Shown: positions 1-12,400 of the stretch, in pieces | Numbering within the stretch: the first letter of the stretch is position 1 | How the letters are laid out: each line of letters starts with the position of its first letter | NCBI GenBank assembly: GCA_013265495.1 | Contig: MU058584.1 | Coordinates: 1 to 64,000, forward strand | Direction: 5' to 3' | DNA from: Vicugna vicugna | Taxonomy: Eukaryota | Length of the DNA: 64,000 nucleotides | Notes under the pieces: generated by a model | What the model was told of the DNA's origin: nothing | Databases searched by the model: none | The model's input: only the letters and a program-made list of their open reading frames with translations | Made by a program: the position numbers and the translations under genes

Positions 1-1159
1 CTTACAAAAGGAGGTAGGGGAAGCAATAAAACACATTGTGGTGGTAGGGGCAGTGGCCATTCTCTGTGCCCCTGAAACCACTTCAGGCAGCAGAAGCCTG
101 TTCTCCTTAGGTGCAAGGTGATTCCCCGGGAAGAAGCACAAGAATGTCTGGGTTATCCAGGGAACGGGTTTCAGAGAATACCTAAACCGGGCAATTCTGG
201 AATCATCAATTGTGGGACCAGGGAAATCATGCATGCCTCCTGCACTGCACACAGATGGGGAACAGTCACTGATCAAAGAGAAAACCAGGATCCTAGGCCA
301 AGATCGAGTGCTACTTTCTGACCATGCTCTCAGCTGTGACCAAGGCCTGATGATGCCTGTGGGAGGAAGAGTCTAAGGAAGGCCAAATGGGGGAGTGTCT
401 CCTTTAGCTCAGTTTCTGGAGTTTCCACCCTCAAATCCCCTGAAATATAGCCCCAGTGGGAGACACATGGCCACTCTCCAAGTTATGTGCTAGGATTGAT
501 AGTAAAATCTGGTCAGCTCTGGGAGCGCTCGGCCCTCAATGCTGGATGACACTGGGACAGGAGGTGGAGGTGAGGAAGAGGGCGTATGTCCCCATGAGCA
601 GGATGAAATGGATTGTAGTAGAATAACATGGTAAAATGAGCATGGAACGACCTCATTTTTCACATGGAGAAGCTCAGGCCTGGAGAGGCAGTATGCTTCC
701 CCACCTCAGCTAACAGTGCTACCAGTGTGGCTCTTGGTAAGACTTCTGGGAGAGACTTTTGGTATTTTCCTCCATTTCGTCTTTCGCTAATTCACCAAGG
801 ATTTACTCCATCTTTTCCATTCTTATCTGGGCCACCATATTTACATCTTCATTGCTCAGTAATTCAATTTTTACAGCACCTTCTGATCCAGTCTTGACTG
901 CTTCTGCCTCCTCTTCCCTGAATCCATGCTGCACACCGAGGCCATGACATCATCAAGTGCAGCTCTGGTTGAGTTGCTGCACTTCATCAGAGCCGTCAGT
1001 GCTCCTCCACTGCCTGCTTAATAAAGCTCCAGTTCTCCTCTTCCAGCCTTGTCCCCACGCCCCAAGTGGGTTTTTCTCTAGAGCCAGGCAAGGTGTACAC
1101 TGCAGTCTCTGCTCTTCACAGATTCCACAAACTGCCTTGTTTAAACATTAAACAAATGC

Positions 1160-3300
1160 TGTGTGTGGGCTCCGTTCTAGGACTTGGGGATTTATCACTG
1201 AGCAAGACAGAAGCCTTCTTGACCTAAAGCATGAGATCTGTGTCTTTCTCGCAATGACTATATTGAGTATGATCATATTTAGTATTCACTATTACTTGTT
1301 GAATGTGGAATGAATAAATGGAATGGTGACTTCTCTCTGCATTTCTGCCTCTTAACTTGTTTCTTTTCTTTCTCGTCCTCTTAGTCTCTACTTCCCTACA
1401 TTGTCACCTTGTCAATCCTACACTCTGGTTTTTAGCTTTCATTCCATGTCAATAATTTCCAAACCTATCTTTCTTGCTTGTGTCAAGTACAATTTAAAAT
1501 TGATTAGTCAGCTCAGAAACAAAACATATTCATAATCCAACTATCATTTTCCCCTCACAAATGTTCTCCTCCTCACATTTATATTTCTGTGAGCACAACT
1601 AACCTTTTTCCTTGTCACACACTTATATCACTCCCACATCTCATCAAGTCCAGATTCTCTTGGTTCTGCCTGTTAAATTTGTCTCCTGTCCACGTCCTCA
1701 TCTCCATTTCCTATAGTCAATACAACTTTGGGCTCTCTTATCTCTCACCTAAATGGATTCAGTGAATAATTTCCAGAGCATCAGCAAATAAAATAATATG
1801 CCTACCAACCTCTTGGAGCTTACATTCTCCTGAGGGGTATAAACAATAAATAAACCCACACAAATGCATAAATACAAATGGGAAAATGGCTATGAAGATG
1901 TAAACAGGATACTCTGATAAGAGCAGTTGTTGTGGGGGGAAGAGAGAGCAGTCCACTTAAACAGGATGATATGGAAAAAAATTTTCTGAGGAACTGACAT
2001 TTAGTCTGGGACATGAAGCATGAAAATAATTAAGCCATTTGAAGATACAAAGGAAACAGGTTTAGAGTAGAGGGGTCAGCATACACAAAAGTCCCAAATT
2101 TGAAGAATTTAAAGAGATCTGGTGTTACTGGAGGTCAGTGAGTAGGGGAAGAGGGACTTGAAATGAAGCCAGAGAGGTGAACAGAGGTCGTGTCAGGTGT
2201 GGCCTTATAAACATTTACATTTTCTTTTAAGAGTAAAGAAAGACCATTGAAGGCTTGTAAGCAGGGGAGTGATATTAGCTGATTTGATACTTTAAAAAAT
2301 AACTCTAGCTTCTCTTTGGGGAATGACTTGTAGGGGGAACAAAAAGGGAAGAGACAGGTTAGGAGATGGGAGAAAGTAGAGTCATGGGCATAGAGTGAAG
2401 TAGATGGATTCAAGAACTAAGTGGAAGCAGAATCAGCAAGACTTACTGGTGCGAAGGTGGACGGGGTTTGGGAGGGAGGAATAAAGGAGGACTTGCAGGT
2501 TTCAGGCATGAGTACCTGGGTAGATAGTGAAGATGAACACTCATATGGGGGAATCGGGAGAGAAAAAGAATGTGTCCACTTGATTTGACAGCACAGAAGT
2601 CATTGGTGATTTTCACAAGAAAAGTTTTAGTGGACCAGTGAAGGTGGAGTTCAAATGTCAGAGAATGAAACAGTGATTGGAAGGAGAAGAAATGAGGACA
2701 GCCTATGTAGAAAAAAGAACTGAGAAATCAGGCTGGGAAAGGGAGCAGAGAAATAATTTTGGTATTACATCTGGCATCAAGTGAGATATTTTTTTCTTTT
2801 AATGAAAGATCCTGGATTACATTTATCTTGATGGGAAAGATCTAGCTGACAAGAAGAAATGGGTGATGCAGAAGAGAAAAGGAATAACAGAGAGAGGGAA
2901 ATTCTTGAGAGGGTGAAAGACAATGTGACCAAGAACAGACCGACCACAGAGAGGAGGAGAGATATTGTCCCCAGTGTAACCAAGAAAGGAGATGCAGAAA
3001 GGTTAGGTAACTTAGTTGGGGGAAGATGTGAGATCTCCTGGCTAACTGCTCTTGTTTTCTCCATTAAGGATGAAGGAAGGCATCACCTTTAAGTGAGAGG
3101 GGGCTGGGAGCAGAGGACTGGGAAGTTTGAGGAGTGAGAAAAAGATGATTGTCACCACCACCCAGAGCAGCAGAGCAAATTTACTAGAGAAAAGTGTCAG
3201 AATGAGAGTTTAGTGTCCTTTTGAGTATGGAGACAGTAAATTTACAGAGAAACCAATCTGGTTACTGTGTAGTGTTTCATTAACACACAGCTGAACAAGT
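1160..3300. mobile_element. Cluster of old L2 fragments in FCGR2B intron 1
   Basis: L2-type 3' end (TTGTTGAATG..TGAATAAATG) and purine/pyrimidine-skewed L2 body sequence. Confidence 0.5.
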
Positions 3301-3435
3301 AAAGGACAATACAAGTGAATGTGATGCAGACAGATAAAGGCAAGAGAATTAAGGAGATTTGCAAGGAGGTGATTATTTATAATGATGAATCATCAAATCC
3401 AAACTCTGGGCTGATTGCTGCTGTCTCTCTTACAG

Positions 3436-3456
3436 CTCCTGCTGCTGGGACACCTG
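3436..3456 (+). CDS. FCGR2B: FCGR2B S2 mini-exon (21 nt, APAAGTP)
   Basis: tacag|CTCCTGCTGCTGGGACACCTG|gtaagt; the 21-nt second signal-peptide exon typical of the FcR family. Confidence 0.9.
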
Positions 3457-6400
3457 GTAAGTACTCCACCCACACCCTCCCTAGCTACCCTCTCTCTCTG
3501 CTCCCTGCACCCTGTCCAGCTCTGAATACACCAGCAACCCAGGACCAAAGTAGAGCTGAGAAAGGGTAATTGTTCCCACAAGATGCCCTGCTCCCTACCC
3601 CCCATACAACTCCTTTTTCCTTCTCTTCTTACCATTGAAGCTGGGAATGGGCTGCCTGAGTAGGAGGAATTGCCCTCAGTTACAGAACAGTTCTGGATTG
3701 GGTTCCTATCTTGATGTCTACAGCACAGCCACAGTTTCCCATTGTCTGAGATTTGGGGTCCCCTTCCCTCAGGCTGCATCCTCTCTCTTCCCCTCAGCAG
3801 GTCTCCCGAAGGCTGTGGTGAACCTTCAGTCCAAATGGGTCAACGTTCTCCAGGAGGATGATGTGATGTTGATGTGCCAAGGGACCAACAACCCTGGGGA
3901 TGACTTCACCCAGTGGTTCCATAATGGAAGCTCCATCCCAACCCAGGTACAGCCCAGCTACAGCTTTAAGGCCAGCAGCAATGACAGCGGGGACTACAAG
4001 TGCCAGACGGGCCAGACCAGCCTCAGTGACCCTGTGCATCTGGATGTGATTTCTGGTCAGTGGAGCAAGGCCTGGGGGGTCAAGGAGAGATGAAATTTGC
4101 TTACATGGCAGAGGTTTTTAGGAAAGAGGGTGGCTTATGTACTGGGAAGCATGGCTGTGAGTTGTCTGGAGTCATTTTGTCCACTCATTTCCCTTTTTGC
4201 CACCCCCTTTGCTTAGTATGTGTGGTGGGGTGGAAGTTCCTAAGAAATTTCTCTGAATGGCTCTTTTGCCTCAGTTCTGATTGAGCAAGAAGATGACAAG
4301 GCCACAAGTAGGCAGGCGGGTGTGAAAGAAGCAGAAAGAAATCCCTAATTCATAGAAATCCTTCCATTTTCACAGCAGAGGCAAATACACAGACAGACCA
4401 CAACTGAGTCCTGGTCCTGGAAATGACTAGCCATGTAAACATGGTGGTTTCATTTACCTTGGAGCCTCATTTTCCACATCTGCTCAGTGGAGATACTACT
4501 GCCTCCCCCATTAGGTTCTGGTGAGAATCAGCATTTCCCTGGTCCTCTGCACTCTGTGCAACTTGAGGTGAACATTGTGTTTTAACTGTCTCTGTATTTC
4601 AAGGTCCTGACACAGGGCAGGGCTTAATAAATGTTTGCTGAATAGATGAGTGATTCTCCAAAGCTCCCGGCAAGAAATAGGTTCTCCATAAAGAAAAGCT
4701 GAAATGTGACTATGATGAATATTGTCACTGTTACTCTTCACTTAGTCCCCTTCCGTTACCTGATTCCCAACTTGTCCTCAAAAGTACATAATACAGCAGG
4801 TAGGCCTCAGCCCCAGTCCTGCCATCTTTACCCTCTGGGCTTAGCAGGATAAGACAGTCCTGGAGGGAAGCCCCAGAGGCCTGGCAGAGCCTCAATCTCA
4901 GTGCCCCTGCCCTTCTAGGAAGGGGTGGAGGTGAAGGGATCCCTCCCCTGAGACTGAGAGTCCCCATCCAGCTACCAGGTCTAGTGACAAGGAACCCTGG
5001 CACATGAGGTGGACACCATCATGGAAGACCTGGGTGGAAAGCTAGATGTGCAGCCTTGAGCCCGAGCACCAGCCTTTGGGACCCTGGGCCACTACCATGG
5101 AGACGAGAGCCAACAGTACTCCAGCTGCACTGATGGGAGTCCCCACTCAGGTGACAGTGCTCAGCCCCAGAGAGTTCAATGCCACTGTGAGAACAGCAAG
5201 CAGAGCAGGCCCTGCAGGCAGTGCTGTGACAGCTCCTTGGGCTAGTATTTCTACCAGTTTATGTCCAGCAGCAGCTCACCAGGACCCAGCTGCAGAGCCA
5301 CAACTGCTGTCCAGCAGGCCAGCTCCCCTAAACACCAGCACTACACAGCAGCTGACCACCACCACCCAGGCCTTAGTCAGTCTGGTCACACCACCAGCCA
5401 CCCAACTTACCAGCCAATCCCAGGGTGTGAGCTCTCCTTGCATTATCACTTCAACCCAATCGGTGCTACTGGGAAACATGGCCTCCTCCCTGCTCACCCG
5501 GTCTCAGGCCCACATGTATCAAAGTCTACCACTGGGAAACCAGTTCCAGGTAATCCAGACTCTGGGCTGAAATGTGCCTTTAGCTTCTCAACTCATCCTG
5601 ATGCTTATGGGACAGTGGCTACAGCCCAGCAGAGGGTGCCATCTCCTCAGGCTCCTGGAGTCCATGCAGGTGCAGATCAGGTGCAGAACTTGCCAGTGAA
5701 GAACGAGCAGGCCTCAGCCCAAGACTCCACTCAGAAAACTGTTTAGCCTCTTCGTCTTTAGCCTCTCTCAGGCCTCAAGCTTGGACTAGTTGTGGCTTAG
5801 TCTTCCTCTGAGGCCTCAGGTGAGTTCTTTAGTCTTAGACCAGCTGGTGGGGACAGTGGAAATAGCATTCCAAGGTTCATGGGTCCAGGAGTAAGTGGCC
5901 ACACACCTGGGCCTTTTGGTCAGTTGCCCTCCTCAGGAATAGGTGGTGGTAGGAGCCGTCTCATGAAACACAGAGGAGTGGTAGAGCCCATGCCTGCATC
6001 CCAAACAGTGACTGTGACTCAGAACAGCTAGACAGGCAGAAAGTGCAGTGGCCAAGAAGACAGAAGCAGATAGGAGTGTTCAACAGGACATGGCCATGAA
6101 CCTGACACGGACAGCTACACATGCTCCCAGCCAGACCCTCATTTCTTCAGTCTCCCACTCACAGCCCCAGCCCCATTCACTGATTTAGACACAGCAACAG
6201 ATCCAGCTCTTGGAGAAGCAGGTGCTGATCCAGCAGCAGACCACCTTGCTGACCACCAGCAACAGCTCCAGCCCTGTCAGTCCCGGTTCTCCTCCACACA
6301 GCTCTGCACCTCTAGCTGTGGCAGCAGCAGCAGCCACAACTCTCACGGCCCCTCAGTCACCATAACCCAGGTCCCTGTTGTCTTCTACATGCAGTCTGTG

Positions 6401-9400
6401 CCCCTGCCAGGCAAACCCAGACACTGGCCATCAAACACAAAGAGGGAGACTATGTCTCTACATTGGGTGCAATGCTCCCACCAAGGCTTCTCCAGTCGCA
6501 GAGAGCCCCAAGGCCATGGAGAAGAAGAGCAGTTAGGAGAAGCTGAGCCAGTGACCAGCGGCAACGCTAACTCACCAAACATTCCCATTGTCCATCAGCA
6601 CCACCTCCTACACTAGCCACGGTGTCCAGACAAATGGGTGACTCAAACCTCCACAAGACATTGTGAAGCCCCAGATACTCACCCACATGATTCAGGGCTT
6701 TGGTAACCAGGATGGAGCAGAACCTTTCCCAGTAAGTTGTTCTCTGTTACTTAAGAGTCTAAGAAGTCACTACAGACTGGCCTCCCTACAGGGCTGAATG
6801 AAAATCAGTCAGGTGGCCACTGGGGAGGGGACAGTCCATCTGCTGAGTGGTCAAGAAGACAAATCTCCCAAAGTCCCAGCACTGTGGGAAGTACATGCCT
6901 GCAGAACAGTTTTGTGGCTCCAAATTTTTCTGATGCATGAATTGCACTAAGAGGTACAGTGTGAGCTGTAGCTGCCAGTTCTGGCAAAGAGGAAAAAAAA
7001 TGAAAGTGTTTCAAGAAGCCCAGTATGCTCACATTCACCAGTGTGGTTCCCACTGCTACTCCTCTGACATCATGAATGCTAAGTTCCAGAGCAAGTGCCA
7101 ATGCCATAAAGAGCTTCTACCTGTAGTTCAGAGTATTCCAGTTATGATGAAGCGCTCTCCCCACCCTCCCTGGGCCTTTATCAGTGAAAGCTGGGCATGG
7201 GGAACATGACCAGGGAACCTCCATATGGCTCTGCCTACACCAGGATTCATGGCATCAATCCTGTGTTCCTGCCCAGTAATCTTAGCTACTGGAGTGCAGA
7301 AGATTGTGTGACTTTATCGTCTCTTGACAAGGCTTCCAGGAGTGGAGGAAGAGTTTTGTTCCCAGAAGATTGATGGAAGCCCCTTTTATTACTTAAAGAA
7401 CGTCTCATGAGTGCCATGAACATGAAGCTGGGCCCTGCCCTCGACATCTGTGCCAAGAAATTGCCCTCAAGGAGATGTAAGGTGGCCCTCTTGCACAAAT
7501 CAGCCTGAGGCAGACACTCTACACTGTCCAGGTTACAACCTGGTACCAGTAGAAGCCTTTGCTGGGAAGAAAGTGCTGTTCTAATGATGCTCACCTTCCA
7601 TAGTGGGGATTACCCAGACAGGGAAGAGAAGTGCAGGGATTGGTTGCTGGTGCTACATGGAAGCAGCTCTGACATTTTCTCTGGGTTCTGCTTCATTTAA
7701 AAAGATCTTTACAATGCTCAGCATTCCCACCTACCCCAATCCAACATTTATAAGAGAGGCAGTCTAGAGAAGCAGGACTGCTCACCTCATCCCGGAGTGG
7801 ACTGTCTACCCAGGGCCTGATTCTCCAAGGGGAGGAATACACAGGATGGTGGTCAGGGAATGGGTGGGACGCAAGGTGCCTGGGAGGGGTGGGGTCTTCT
7901 GGCTTGTGTGACACAAGGAGCAAGATCCGGTCTCCCCACCTTCCTTCTGGATTGTCCCTCTGCAGCTGTGGTGCAGAGTTTTCTCTTTGTTGTCACTCAT
8001 TCCCTCAGTATTGAACATTTTCTCCTGCATGTGTGGCAGACTGACCAGCCAGTGTGGAGACTTGGTTGGCATCATTCTGATCTGCTGCAGGGACTACGTG
8101 TGTTTGACTAACACGTGTGGCTGTTGTCATTTTTCCTCATCCTCTGGCTCCCTTCCAATGTATTTGTTGTTTTCTACCCTTTCTTTCCAATTCCATCTCT
8201 GCTCTATCCTATAGCTTTAGGAAGAGGGGTGTGTGGGCTGAGGTCAGGAGTGTAAGTTAAGTACCCACCTTGGCCTGTAAACCCTATACAACAAAATTTT
8301 TTTTAAATGTTCTTCTTCAGTAAAAGGATGAAAATTGGGAGAGAAAAAAGTACACAGCAGGCTAATGGCCCACCCATGTAACTGCTGCCTCTAGACAAAG
8401 ACCCTGCTAAAGGGAAATTCCACATTTACTAACATGCACCAAATAAGGTAATTAATATTTGTTGGATGTCCATGACTTTCCCCAAAGACATATGTCTCTG
8501 CTGTGTCCCCAGCACATGTTGTCTCCTGTGTCCGACCGGATCCACCCTCCCTCCCTCAGAGAAGGCACTGTACTCCAGGTTCTCTGGTATCCTTCCTGCA
8601 AAGGCCCACTGGGCAGCATGAAGCTGCAGCTGGCTTCTCCCAGGACAGGAACGAGAGGACAAGGGTATCCTGAACGCCTGCTGTGTGCCAGGAACTATTG
8701 TAGATAGGTAATGGTATTATTGTGACCATTTTCACAAACGAGGAAACTGAGACCCGGAAGAGTGGATTACTTGCCCAAGATTACAGAGCTCATAAGTAAT
8801 GGAGCCAGAATTAGAGACCAGGGCTGTCTGATTTCAGACTTTAGCTCTTCTCTCCACATGTAATGTCCCACCATGAGGACGGTCTGGGCCTCGGAGCTGA
8901 GTCAAGACCTCCTGGGTCCTGTGGTCCCTTTGTGTCTTTCAGACTGGCTGCTGCTCCAGACCCCTAGCCTGGTGTTCCAGGAAGGGGAACCCATCGTGCT
9001 GAGGTGCCACAGCTGGAAAAACAAGCCTCTGTTTAAGGTCACATTCTTCCACAATAGAAAATCCATGAAGTTTTCCTTTGTGTATTCCAACTTCTCTATC
9101 CCGCAAGCAAACTTCAGTCACAATGGCGAGTACCACTGCACAGGATTTATCGGGCAGATGCAGCACTCGTCACAGCCTGTGACCATCACTGTCCAAGGTG
9201 GGAATTCCATCAAGATGAAAGGAGGGGAGGGAAAAGGAGGATGGACAATTAGGATCAGGTTCTATGGACCTACAAGGGGATCTGAGAAATGCCAGAGCAG
9301 CAAACTTGGGCACTGGGGCAAAGAGCAGGGGTATGGGCATCTTGCTAAGTACTGGCCAGAGATCGGAGCCCTCAGCTTCCAGGTGATAGGTGACAAGGCT

Positions 9401-12400
9401 ATTGCTCCACTTTGAAATGTATAGCATAGCAGCGGAACAGAGCTCCCTCCTTGGTGCAGATGTTCCCTAAGCTCCCGGACATTCCTCAGAACTGAGGTTT
9501 TCCTCATTTCTTCTCATGTCCTGTTATGTCCATTCACTCCAAAAGCCATGGCATGTCCCTAACAGTTCAAGGCTGTGCTGGATACACTGATGGAGGCTTC
9601 AGATCCACCCTCCCTGCTGTCCCCAAGAGGCTAAGAGGAATACTTCATGTCTTACACACTCGACAGTGTGCCTCACTTGTTTAGCTGCGAAATCTGGGTA
9701 TGGGGGAGGAGGCACAAGTCCAGTCACAGACATCCCATGCGCTTGAGATTGGGGGAGGAAGTGAGCATTGCACCTGGGGGTGACCCAGGCACAAAGCAGC
9801 TCCAGGGATAGCGCAGGGAGGGTGGGGTGGGACAGACAGGGTGCTGCCTGTCCTGAGGTCTGTCTTCCCCAGGGTCCAGCTTGAGCAGTTCCTCGCTGGT
9901 GTTGATCGTGGTGGCTGTGGTCGCTGGGATTGCTGCAGTGGCTATTGTTGCCACCGTAGTTGCCCGGTTCCGCCTGAGGCGAAAGCAGATTTCAGGTTTG
10001 TGGCTCCTCTTGCTCCCTCTTGTTATCAGTTCCCACTTAGCCAAGGCCATAACCCTAAACATTGTCAGAACCCTTCTCTCTAGGCTTAGAGATTCCTTGG
10101 CATTCAGATATAGTTCCATACTTCATTCATTCATTTACCCATTCATTCAACAAGGCCTGAACAAACTTGCTTATGTGTCAAGCACTGTGATAGACTGTGG
10201 ATAACACCAAGATAAAGAATTCCGTCTCTGCCATCAAGGAGTTCATAGTATTGTGAGGAAGACAGAGGGACAAATAGAGCCTTTTAATCAGAGGGGGTAA
10301 GTTCAGTACTAGAGAAGGCAAAGGCTATGATTGTGGGGGCAGGGGGGAACTCCAGGGGACAGAAGAGCCTGAATAACTCAGCATAGGCAATTAGAGAAGT
10401 GTGGTGGGGTGGTGTTGTACAGCGAATGAATCACACCCTGTGGTGCTAGACTGCCTGAGTTCAAGTCTCAGCAACTCAGCCCACCAGCTGACTAACATTG
10501 GATGGGTTAATCAATGTGTTGAGAAGTTAGCGCTGGTATATTAATTTAAGAGTATGCAGATTATGACCTAAATGAGGAGGCACAAGCCACCCACCCACAT
10601 GGGGTCAGCATCCAAGCTCTCTGATTGGGGAATTGAAAACCCCAGGGTCATTTTGATTGAAAGCACAATTTCAATACCTTACGCAAAGGAATTAGAGTCA
10701 CAAGATTTGCTAATTATAGATCCCAGAAATGGGAGGGGGTGACAGTCCTCTGTCCCAGGTCATGGGTGAGCAGGAGAGAGAGAACAGGTAGCAGGCAGCC
10801 ATTACTTAAAGGTGATTAGGTGGGAGGACACTAACTTTTTTGTGGGCTTACGTCTAGGTAGTAACTTTAAACGTGCCCCAGGAAAAGCAAAGCAAGAACT
10901 TACGGCAGGAATCCTAAACTCAGGTCCTTATCTTAAATGTTCAGGCTCTGAGTATAAGCAGGGTTATGATACTGTAAAATGTCTAGGCAGCAACTCAGGT
11001 AAACAAAGTTGTTTTGTTTTTCCAAGAAAATGAAAGTTGTTTTCTCATCACATTCAAATTCCCTGGGCCACAGTTTCATTGTCTGAGAAATGGGGGACAC
11101 GAATAGATCCGACCTCACAGGGTTGTGAAGATGAACGAGTCTGGAGCTCTTATAATAGGACATAGCAAACAGCACATAAGTATGAATTGTTATCATTATG
11201 GTGGAGGTGATGTTCCAGGGTAGCTGTTAACCAGGCCAAGAGGGCTAGATGAGCATTCCAGGCATGGGGACTAAGACGTGGAAATGAGAAACACCGTGGC
11301 TAGGATAGGGGTCGGGAAAGAGTAAGGAGGGTGCTGTAAGCAGTTTGACGCCCCTGAAGTCATAAATTGAGAGGGAGAAAAAGAAGACAGCAGAAGCAAG
11401 GCAGAAAGATGGGCAGCAGCTGGGTCATGGAATCCATGGAGGCTACCTTAGGGAACTAAGCTGTCTTCCAAAGGGGCTGGCAAGAACACAGGAGGGCAGG
11501 AACCACATCTCCTTATTCTGCACTTTTCCCCCAGCACCTGGCACAGTGCTAGCCACACAGCAAGATGCTTAATAAGCATTTGTTCATTGACAGATCAGCT
11601 GAGGAACTTCAGCTCTCGGAAAGCAGCCTCCTTCCCCCTTTGTACTAATGTAAAAGAGCTGAGAGAGAAGGGAGGGCGCCTTAGAAATCTAATAAGCAAA
11701 TTGTCACAGTTCTTAACACTGACAAGCTAGCTTGCTAGTGAGAGAAAGCGCTAACGACAACAGGACACAGAGAAAGTAAAGGGGAAAAAAAAGACTTAGA
11801 GCACCGGCAAAGAGAAAATAATACTACGAATGTCTCATAAAGCACTTTGTAGTCAGTTCATAGCCAAGACCTCAGTTACTGATGATAAGTAAACATAGAG
11901 ATACAGGGAGAGTTACAGAGAGGGAGAAAGAGGCGCTTTTTAAAAGGCAGAGGAAGTATAAGAAAGCTGCAATGGAAGGACCTTTCTGACAGTTAGCCTA
12001 GCCAACTTATATGCCCCTAGAACAGCCCATTTACAGGCTAGGGCAGTCCCTGGGGAGTAGGGAGGAGAGAAGGAGTCTTTGGGGGAGAAGGGTCTGTGTT
12101 GGTTCTAACCCAATCTTGCCTCTGATCCTTGGTCCTGAAGATCTCAGACCCCATCCCATAATCCTACTAACTTCCTATGTGCCCCTCCTAGCTCTCCCAG
12201 GAACCCCTGAGCACAGGGAAATGGGAGAGCCCCTCCCTGAGGAACCAGGTGAGTGCAGCTCCCCGTCTGGGGGCTCAGTGACACCCTACCTTGTGCAGCA
12301 AGAAGTGGCTTGTGTGAGTTCCGCTGGGAGCACAGGAGAGGGAGGGGGCAGAGGGAGGTGGGCAGGGGCTCAAATCTCTTGGTCAGTTCTGAGACTAACT

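Noticed and set aside
5046..5746. ORFs of 174 and 161 aa as a novel nested gene
   Set aside because: They are frameshifted pieces of the decayed PHC1 retrocopy; no intact domain-coding frame remains
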